A stretch of DNA of 38,083 nucleotides from a virus. Its lineage: Duplodnaviria > Caudoviricetes. The stretch spans positions 1-38,083 of the IMG/VR virus record IMGVR_UViG_3300011339_000979; one strand, 5' to 3'. Each line of letters starts with the position of its first letter. Within the stretch, counting starts at the first letter, position 1. Under the pieces are notes generated by a model. The model was not told the DNA's origin and did not search any database. It saw only the letters and a list, made by a program, of their open reading frames with translations. Positions 1 through 6,101 of this stretch are shown here, one piece after another. Made by a program: the position numbers and the translations under genes.

Positions 1-44
1 GTGTTACCAATGTACGTTTAGAGATTAAATACACCCCTACCGGT

Positions 45-356
45 TCATAGATGCGCCTCCCTGCCTGACTTGACCGCGTGGCAAATATCGCATAGCGCTT
101 GCCTATTCTCCCAGCTCCACACGTCGCCTCCCTGATTGATTGGAGTTATGTGGTCGGATACTGTAGCAGGTGTGTATATCCCTCTACTTTCACATACAGC
201 GCATAAAGGATAATGAGATAGGAATGCAGCGCGGTCACGCCTCCACGCTTGACTATTGTATAATGCCTTATTCCCTTTACGCCTACGATCGTGCGCTTTG
301 CGTTCAGGTATCCAGCCTGGTCGTGTTTCTTTTGCTTTATACGGCATCGAGGTCAT
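45..356 (-). CDS. HNH endonuclease (terminase-associated, HK97 gp74-like)
   Basis: CAVC...DHITPI..GG.....N.QALC..CH..K; would lie just upstream of terS if the ends are joined. Start may be ATG 347. Confidence 0.9.
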   Translation of the reverse strand: MTSMPYKAKETRPGWIPERKAHDRRRKGNKALYNSQAWRRDRAAFLSHYPLCAVCESRGIYTPATVSDHITPINQGGDVWSWENRQALCDICHAVKSGREAHL

Positions 357-573
357 TCTCTTGTTGTAACTCTTTAAGCTCTACCAGCATCAACTCAAAC
401 TCATACTTAAGCGTTTGGTTATCTTTAAGATTAAGAGTTATGTTATTATCTATTAATCCTTGTAGCACACTTATAACCAACTCTACACTAACAACGCAAT
501 GATCTACCGGATCAGCGCGCTTAACGTGCCTATCAAGTAGCTTGTAGAATATTATCCGCGCCTCTGGGTGCAT
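337..573 (-). CDS. hypothetical protein
   Basis: ORF 337..606; ATG at 573 forms a TAATG overlap with the upstream gene stop, so it is the preferred start. Confidence 0.6.
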   Translation of the reverse strand: MHPEARIIFYKLLDRHVKRADPVDHCVVSVELVISVLQGLIDNNITLNLKDNQTLKYEFELMLVELKELQQENDLDAV

Positions 574-857
574 TATACCATTCCTAATACGTGATCTCTC
601 ATCCACCTTGCGCCAGCCGCAAAATATGTTGATGCGTCGCCTTCGCCTAAATAAGCCTCAGTATGCAACAAAATATTTTCATCTTTAAAGATGTCCTTTA
701 TCATGGAGATATTCCGATCTTTTTTTTCTAATAGGGCTAAGCCTGCAAAGTAATGCATCGCATTAATAACTATTTGGCGCGTACCAATATCTCTTATTTG
801 GGCGTAGTTATCTTCAAGATACTTTTTTAATACTTCTTCTGCTTGTGGTGTATTCAT
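573..857 (-). CDS. hypothetical protein
   Basis: 94-aa ORF tightly packed in minus-strand operon. Confidence 0.65.
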   Translation of the reverse strand: MNTPQAEEVLKKYLEDNYAQIRDIGTRQIVINAMHYFAGLALLEKKDRNISMIKDIFKDENILLHTEAYLGEGDASTYFAAGARWMRDHVLGMV

Positions 858-858
858 G

Positions 859-1002
859 TTATTTATTTTTTACAAGTTTGCGTACGGTTAAAATCAATTC
901 CACTACAAGCCAAAAAAATACGCCAATTGAGGCAATTATAACAATTAAGTAGAAACACTCAACTGTTAATAAAATTAGTTCGTGTATGGTTTGTCTGTTC
1001 AT
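859..1002 (-). CDS. small membrane protein
   Basis: ATG 1002 (MNRQTIHEL...) after an A-rich leader; long hydrophobic stretch and basic C-terminus. Confidence 0.55.
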   Translation of the reverse strand: MNRQTIHELILLTVECFYLIVIIASIGVFFWLVVELILTVRKLVKNK

Positions 1003-1022
1003 GTTATTATTTGTTTTACGCG

Positions 1023-1051
1023 AAAAGCCGGCCACCATTACGGCAACCGGC
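1023..1051 (-). terminator. probable intrinsic terminator
   Basis: Minus strand GCCGGTTGCC-GTAAT-GGTGGCCGGC then TTTT; G-U pairs favour the minus strand. Confidence 0.5.
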
Positions 1052-1075
1052 ACAAATCACAATTTAACTTTAGCG

Positions 1076-1146
1076 CCACTACTTAAGGAATCGAACCTCA
1101 CAAACTGTCAAGGCTTTGTAGTCACAGCTTGCCGCCTGGAGTAGTG
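1076..1146 (-). ncRNA. tRNA-like RNA 1 (no D-stem, no canonical anticodon arm)
   Basis: CACTACT/AGTAGTG acceptor stem, TGAGG-TTCGATT-CCTTA T-arm, CAAGCTGT/ACAGTTTG central stem. Confidence 0.65.
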
Positions 1147-1206
1147 TATGCGCCTCACTTTGCAGCAAGGCGCAGATAAAAAAGCTATAAATCCAAAAAT
1201 AAACCT

Positions 1207-1298
1207 GCGAACCCTGTGGAATCGAACCACGATAAAAGCGGCTGAAAAATACTCTTCATGGTTAGAAATGTAAACGCTTTTATTGACCATCGGGCCCA
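1207..1298 (-). ncRNA. tRNA-like RNA 2 (same architecture)
   Basis: TGGGCCC/GGGTTCG acceptor-like stem, GTGG-TTCGATT-CCAC T-arm, ATAAAAGCG/CGCTTTTAT central stem. Confidence 0.6.
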
Positions 1299-1338
1299 TG
1301 TTGCCGGGTAGCCTTTGCCGCCCGGCTTGTTTGCATCG

Positions 1339-1572
1339 CTATTGCTTTACAGCATTTCGCCTGTTCACTGGTGCAAGGCTCGTTTGCCTCGCTGATCTCA
1401 CTACTACTTCGGTTGTATCGTACGGTTGGAATATTGGCTTTGACTTGATTTTAATGCACTCGCTTTCCTGTACTGGAGTTGGTGCCGGGATTGTTGGAGG
1501 TGTCTTTTTCGTTGTTTGTGCTGCTGCAAAAAATGGAGCTACAAGGATGATAATTGTAATTGCTAATTTCAT
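1339..1572 (-). CDS. small secreted protein
   Basis: Signal peptide MKLAITIIILVAPFFAAA|Q, Pro/Thr-rich mature part. Confidence 0.65.
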   Translation of the reverse strand: MKLAITIIILVAPFFAAAQTTKKTPPTIPAPTPVQESECIKIKSKPIFQPYDTTEVVVRSARQTSLAPVNRRNAVKQ

Positions 1573-1595
1573 TGTGACGTTGTTTTAATTGTGAG

Positions 1596-1626
1596 AAAAA
1601 AGGAAGCGATTGTTACAACGGCTTCC
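1596..1626 (-). terminator. intrinsic terminator
   Basis: GGAAGC...GCTTCC stem followed by TTTTTT on minus strand. Confidence 0.65.
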
Positions 1627-1662
1627 AAGTTGTAAACTCTACCGTAAAGTCATTCTGCTTGC

Positions 1663-1890
1663 TTATCTTCCGTAACCGACGTAAAGAGCTGAATACGCTT
1701 GTTTAAGCGTGTATCCGTATTTACTTTGCATCGGCTTAACTGTTCCACGTTCTTTAATCCTGTTGTACGCGTTGATGTTGTGATACACTGTTACAAAAGG
1801 CTTTTTATTCTTGTCAATCCACAATGTGCGAACCTCGCTGCCATTTGTGATGCTGGATTGATATTTTGCGTTGAATTGGTTCAATGTCAT
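1663..1890 (-). CDS. hypothetical protein
   Basis: 75-aa ORF with ATG start, flanked by hairpins. Confidence 0.65.
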   Translation of the reverse strand: MTLNQFNAKYQSSITNGSEVRTLWIDKNKKPFVTVYHNINAYNRIKERGTVKPMQSKYGYTLKQAYSALYVGYGR

Positions 1891-1905
1891 AATCTTGGTA
1901 ATTTA

Positions 1906-1931
1906 AGGCTGAGCGCCTAAACGCTCAGCCT
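1906..1931. repeat. perfect intergenic inverted repeat
   Basis: AGGCTGAGCG-cctaaa-CGCTCAGCCT; no clear U-tract. Confidence 0.7.
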
Positions 1932-1951
1932 GTCAATCATATCAAACATTC

Positions 1952-2173
1952 TTAACTCCAAGCTTCTCGGCTTTCTTTAATACAAACAATCTCTCTTTCG
2001 ATAATTGCTGTAGCCTCATCAAGTGAAAGCCCGCATGAGCAATCAGCATCTTGGTATATAATCGCTAATTGTTCAAAAGTTATAGTTCCATCAAAAAAAC
2101 ATTCAATACCGTAAATGTTTGCATACTCATTAACTTGGTGCTTGTAAGACTCTACTGAATGTGCGTTTTTCAT
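1952..2173 (-). CDS. hypothetical protein (likely early)
   Basis: 73-aa ORF directly downstream of a host-type promoter. Confidence 0.65.
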   Translation of the reverse strand: MKNAHSVESYKHQVNEYANIYGIECFFDGTITFEQLAIIYQDADCSCGLSLDEATAIIEREIVCIKESREAWS

Positions 2174-2217
2174 AATTTGCTAAATTTAAAAAGTGAACTT
2201 CGTTGTTGTTGTTGGTA

Positions 2218-2250
2218 CAAATGTACGACAGTGCGACGAACATACGCAAG
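2218..2250 (-). promoter_or_regulatory. Bacteroidota sigma-A-type promoter
   Basis: Minus strand CTTG-N21-TACATTTG in intergenic DNA. Confidence 0.65.
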
Positions 2251-2268
2251 TGTTTAAGCAACTTTTTT

Positions 2269-2478
2269 TCAATTTTTTTTCATTGAATACATAAGCACCT
2301 GATTTGCAATACCTATTGCACCAACTTCAACAACAATACCAGCCTTTAAAAATCGCTCAAACTCTCTTTCTGCTTCTAAATAGTTCGGTGGTTGCTTTGC
2401 TTTCCTAAGCTGCTCAGCTCTTATCCTGATGTATGTGCGCTTGACAAAGCTATGCGGCAATGTATTTTGTTCTGCCAT
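2269..2478 (-). CDS. hypothetical protein
   Basis: 69-aa ORF overlapping the endolysin end. Confidence 0.5.
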   Translation of the reverse strand: MAEQNTLPHSFVKRTYIRIRAEQLRKAKQPPNYLEAEREFERFLKAGIVVEVGAIGIANQVLMYSMKKN

Positions 2479-2887
2479 TTACCTTTATTGCTCTTAGTGC
2501 CTCGTTCCGGTTGCCTGCTGGGTTGAACGAAATGTGTATCCAAGTATCAAACTCTTGGATGCACTGATCGAAGGGTATATCTGAATTTATAATCAACCTG
2601 AAAAGATACTCGATCGGCATTGAGGAAACGGTTATGTCAGCAGCCTGGCCAATTAGATGTTGGCTTGTTTTGCTGCCTTTAACCGCTTTATTTAGGCGCT
2701 CTGACCTGTAGCCTGAATTTACATTAATAGGCTGCTTTACTAAATAGCGTAAAGGCTCCAGCGTATTGACGCAAAGAGCCTTCAAGTTTTCAATAACAAG
2801 TTGAGAGGGTGTTTGATCTATGTTTAGCCTAACAGCTGTATTAGATCGAATCATTTCATTCAGTGTAAAGTTGTCGCTTAACTTCAT
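2450..2887 (-). CDS. peptidase M15 family endolysin
   Basis: SGYRS..LN.AV.GS..SQH..GQAADI and WIHIS zinc-peptidase motifs. Confidence 0.85.
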   Translation of the reverse strand: MKLSDNFTLNEMIRSNTAVRLNIDQTPSQLVIENLKALCVNTLEPLRYLVKQPINVNSGYRSERLNKAVKGSKTSQHLIGQAADITVSSMPIEYLFRLIINSDIPFDQCIQEFDTWIHISFNPAGNRNEALRAIKVNGRTKYIAA

Positions 2888-3297
2888 AAAAGAGGAGGTT
2901 TGTTTACGTGATCAAAGATCCGCTGCTTAATCTTCTTCCGTTTTGCAAAGTTACGCCTTAATTTTTTTTCGATGCGCTCCAATTCTATTTGCATCTCTTT
3001 CAAATCTACCTCCTTGCTTTCCGCAATCGTGTACAGATTATAATGATACCTTCCTTTCTTAACGCTTCCTGCCTCGATTGGTTTAAAAAGTATGTCATCC
3101 TTAAACCATCCAGAAGCGCGCAGGTCGTTAATTCTCGCGTGTACGGTAGTGATCTTAATGCCTGTGAAATGGCTGATTTGCTCTACTGTGATCGGATAGC
3201 CTGCAAGGTATTGAGCGTGTAAACAACCAAACACTTGTTGGAGTTGCGAACCTCTTACCTGCTCATTTATTTTGTATGCCTCAAGTTGTGTGTTCAT
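2884..3297 (-). CDS. putative HTH DNA-binding protein
   Basis: T.EQIS..TG....TVHARINDL helix-turn-helix pattern; basic coiled C-terminus. Confidence 0.55.
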   Translation of the reverse strand: MNTQLEAYKINEQVRGSQLQQVFGCLHAQYLAGYPITVEQISHFTGIKITTVHARINDLRASGWFKDDILFKPIEAGSVKKGRYHYNLYTIAESKEVDLKEMQIELERIEKKLRRNFAKRKKIKQRIFDHVNKPPLL

Positions 3298-4262
3298 GTG
3301 TTAGGATTTAGGTGGTAATGTATAAACATAGCATTGCAAGCAAGGGCCGCACAATGTTGCAGATCCGTTTCTTGGCCTGGTATTGGCTCAAAGTCTTCTT
3401 CCATCATCTTTCTAAGCTCCAACAAATGCCGTTGCGCTGCATCCAACAACTCATTTATGTCGCTTAGTTTTTTCCAGTTGTTTGGGCCATACTTCTTTTT
3501 TCCTTCATTCATTCTACGCGCCATTGCTTCCAAAAAATAAGGATCTATTTCTGAGTAGCTTAGTTTGTTGTTGGTTTCTTTGTAGGCTGGTTCGGTTTCG
3601 CTAGTTTCACGACATACAAGGCTGTTTTGCCAGTCGCTAGCGTCAAATTGAAGACTAAAAAATTTAAAATTGCCGCCTAGGCTAAACCAAGTAGACTTTG
3701 CTAGTGAAGGCTTTTGAGTATACACGTATGTTTGACCATCTGAATCTACTGCCGCAAAATTATAACCCTCCGGAATATCAGCAGCGGTCAGTTTTTTAGG
3801 CTCCGCCTGTTCGGCAGTTTTGCGCGATATTATGCTATTTTGCCAATCGCTCGCGTCAAAATCGCTGCCAATAAAAACAGACGGATTTTTATATCTGGCT
3901 TTTGAGCTACTACCTGAATCATAGACAACTTCTAAACGTATTGGAATATCCATGTAAGCGTATGCCCTGCCATCCTTATCTACCGCTGCATACTCATATC
4001 CATCAGGTATATCAGTACCGGTTAATTTTTTAAGCTCTGGCTTTTGTTCTGCTTCGCGTGATACAAGGCTGTTTTGGTAATCGCTCGCGTCGAAGCCTCC
4101 ACCTATCATGCGTATTGAATCTTCAGAATAAGGGCTTTTCCAAACTTCATTTTTTTTGTCAAAATATGGTTGAGATTTATAGGCAAATGCAAATCCATCT
4201 GCATCAACAGCCGCATAACTAAACCCCTCATGTATATCTTCAATTTTCAATTTTTTAACCAT
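3294..4262 (-). CDS. triple-repeat protein fused to DUF5664-like (dATP/dGTP diphosphohydrolase-type) domain
   Basis: Three ~70-80-aa repeats; C-terminal MA..M..G.KKYG.NNWK...LLDAA.RHL...H.AALACNAMF. Confidence 0.7.
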   Translation of the reverse strand: MVKKLKIEDIHEGFSYAAVDADGFAFAYKSQPYFDKKNEVWKSPYSEDSIRMIGGGFDASDYQNSLVSREAEQKPELKKLTGTDIPDGYEYAAVDKDGRAYAYMDIPIRLEVVYDSGSSSKARYKNPSVFIGSDFDASDWQNSIISRKTAEQAEPKKLTAADIPEGYNFAAVDSDGQTYVYTQKPSLAKSTWFSLGGNFKFFSLQFDASDWQNSLVCRETSETEPAYKETNNKLSYSEIDPYFLEAMARRMNEGKKKYGPNNWKKLSDINELLDAAQRHLLELRKMMEEDFEPIPGQETDLQHCAALACNAMFIHYHLNPNT

Positions 4263-4268
4263 TTTAAA

Positions 4269-4616
4269 TTATTTTTTTAACTCGTTTAAAATTTGGGTGA
4301 AAATCTGCAAAAACTCATCGGTAGAGCGGATTATGTAATACTTGCCTCCAGCCCTTTTAATTTCAAACTCTCTCCTTTTCTGGTATTCGCTTTGCGTGTC
4401 ATTACCTGCTTTAACCTCAAATCCTACATAAAGCCCATAAATGCAGCAAACAACATCCTCAACGCCTTTTGTTGCGTTCGACTTTCGATGAGTACCGATC
4501 TTTTTATCAAATATCCCTACAACGTTAATTCGTGCTGCTAGGCATTTAGATTGCATATTTACAACTCGGATAATGTTTGCGGTTATCTGATTGGCTGTTT
4601 CAGGCTTCAAATTCAT
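4269..4616 (-). CDS. VRR-NUC-like PD-(D/E)xK nuclease / possible Holliday junction resolvase
   Basis: GVEDV...G..VGFEVKAG...S..Q......I..AGG.Y.IIRS; ATG 4616 preferred. Confidence 0.75.
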   Translation of the reverse strand: MNLKPETANQITANIIRVVNMQSKCLAARINVVGIFDKKIGTHRKSNATKGVEDVVCCIYGLYVGFEVKAGNDTQSEYQKRREFEIKRAGGKYYIIRSTDEFLQIFTQILNELKK

Positions 4617-4806
4617 TGGTATAAATAGTTGTCCAATAATCAATGCCCATTTCGGTCTTATCCCAACGAAACGCGATTATAAGCGCCTCAGATAGGCTTT
4701 CAGCTTCGTCATTAAGGTTGTTTACTTTTGACGCTTCTTTGTAAGCCTCTGGAGCCCAATAATACCCATCCGCTATGGCTTTAGAGAAATGCTGTTTTAT
4801 CGTCAT
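4600..4806 (-). CDS. hypothetical protein
   Basis: 68-aa ORF overlapping both neighbours. Confidence 0.55.
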   Translation of the reverse strand: MTIKQHFSKAIADGYYWAPEAYKEASKVNNLNDEAESLSEALIIAFRWDKTEMGIDYWTTIYTNEFEA

Positions 4807-5056
4807 AACCTGCTAATTGATCTATTTTTAGTATTGCGTAATCTGCCACTACTTGCAACTCTCGATGATTGTTTGTTGATCCGTACGCCCTGCAAATTGA
4901 CAGATCAGAACGGACCACTGGATAGTACTTTTGAAAATGCTGGAACTTCTCCATCTCATCCCTCATTTTTTCGGCCTTCTCTTTTGCAATCTCAATAGTA
5001 TCAAGCACTTTAATCACCTCATTTATATAATCCTTTGCCTGTTTAATATTTGTCAT
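4781..5056 (-). CDS. hypothetical protein
   Basis: 91-aa ORF overlapping thyX end. Confidence 0.6.
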   Translation of the reverse strand: MTNIKQAKDYINEVIKVLDTIEIAKEKAEKMRDEMEKFQHFQKYYPVVRSDLSICRAYGSTNNHRELQVVADYAILKIDQLAGYDDKTAFL

Positions 5057-5696
5057 CGCTCCAATATTTTAAAGTTTTTTCAAAAGGATTGCCTGGTAGT
5101 GCTCTAACAAGCTCAAGCATTTCAGCGACGACCTCCCGCGTTTCTTGTTGTGCGTCTGGTTTAAGACGAAGGTCGCACATATTCAAAAACGCTTGCAGGC
5201 TTGCGGTCATTATAAAGGTAGTGTTAAGGCTTAAAGGTAAAAGCGTTCGCGCTTGCTCTTTGGATACTCCAATCTTGATAAGTTCTTTGTACGCGTTTTT
5301 TGCCGTTTCAATTACGCTTTTTTCAATACCAGAACAAAATATTTGGTCGTCTTCCGACAATGGGCCATCTGATCCCTGCTTGGATGATGTACTTTGTTTC
5401 CTCCATTCAGAAATGCAAGTATAAGTATCTGAAAAATCAACATACCGGCCTGATATACTGTTTGGAACAACCCCAATCTGGTGTTTAAAAAGTTGCCGTT
5501 CTATGTAAATAGGGCAACTAATCCTAAATTGCAACACGGGATGCCGGAACGGTGAAGTGTGTTTGTGCTTAATTAGATACTTTATAAGGCTCTCATTTTG
5601 CAGATCTGTGTAGTTTTCAGCTTCTTTGCCATAGGACACTCTGGCCACATTTACGACCATTGTATCATTACCGAATACTCCTAATAGTTCAACCAT
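5043..5696 (-). CDS. thyX: FAD-dependent thymidylate synthase
   Basis: VN.ARVSY, H.SPF.H, RQLFKH....NS.SGRY, G..KEQAR.LLP, LR....AQ.E.R. Confidence 0.93.
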   Translation of the reverse strand: MVELLGVFGNDTMVVNVARVSYGKEAENYTDLQNESLIKYLIKHKHTSPFRHPVLQFRISCPIYIERQLFKHQIGVVPNSISGRYVDFSDTYTCISEWRKQSTSSKQGSDGPLSEDDQIFCSGIEKSVIETAKNAYKELIKIGVSKEQARTLLPLSLNTTFIMTASLQAFLNMCDLRLKPDAQQETREVVAEMLELVRALPGNPFEKTLKYWSDDKY

Positions 5697-6016
5697 TGTA
5701 ATCTAAGGTTAAGTTCGTTTTTTTTAATTTCATACGTTAATCTGGCTCCATGCTCTTCCGCTGTTTTGGCAGCCTCAAAAACAAGATTTGCCCAATATTT
5801 AGAACTCTCATCCGCTACAATCGGATTGTCAGGATGGAATATAACAGACTCACGCGCCAATCCTGTGACCTCCAATACTTTTTCAATTACTTCCGACTCA
5901 GACGCGCCTCTTCTACCTGTAAAATAGTCGCTTAATGTTGATGCGCCAATATTGCACATTTGCGCAATCTCGCGTTGAGATAGACCTGTGCGCTCAGGTA
6001 TTTGTTTTAGTTCCAT
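5681..6016 (-). CDS. XRE-family HTH transcriptional regulator
   Basis: GLSQREIAQMCNIGASTLSDY..G; ATG 6016 lies after a promoter, and the longer ORF start would overlap a terminator. Confidence 0.8.
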   Translation of the reverse strand: MELKQIPERTGLSQREIAQMCNIGASTLSDYFTGRRGASESEVIEKVLEVTGLARESVIFHPDNPIVADESSKYWANLVFEAAKTAEEHGARLTYEIKKNELNLRLQWLNY

Positions 6017-6031
6017 GTTCTTATTTTTGCT

Positions 6032-6064
6032 CAAATTTACGGCAAACAGACGTACAACTACAAA
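6032..6064 (-). promoter_or_regulatory. Bacteroidota sigma-A-type promoter
   Basis: Minus strand TTTG-N21-TAAATTTG. Confidence 0.65.
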
Positions 6065-6094
6065 AATAAAGCCCGGTTTTTTGTTCCGGGCTTT
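6062..6094 (-). terminator. intrinsic terminator
   Basis: AAAGCCCGG...CCGGGCTTT then ATTTTT, just after the helicase-methylase stop. Confidence 0.7.
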
Positions 6095-6101
6095 AAAAAA
6101 A

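Noticed and set aside
1076-1146. Canonical tRNA call or attP-associated tRNA fragment
   Set aside because: No D-stem or 5-bp/7-nt anticodon arm can be drawn, and no integrase is present
1108-1299. 63-aa ORF over the tRNA-like elements
   Set aside because: No protein features; region better explained by RNA structure
3294-3600. 2-aminoadenine (Z) genome pathway
   Set aside because: No PurZ, HD dATPase or phage polymerase is recognisable
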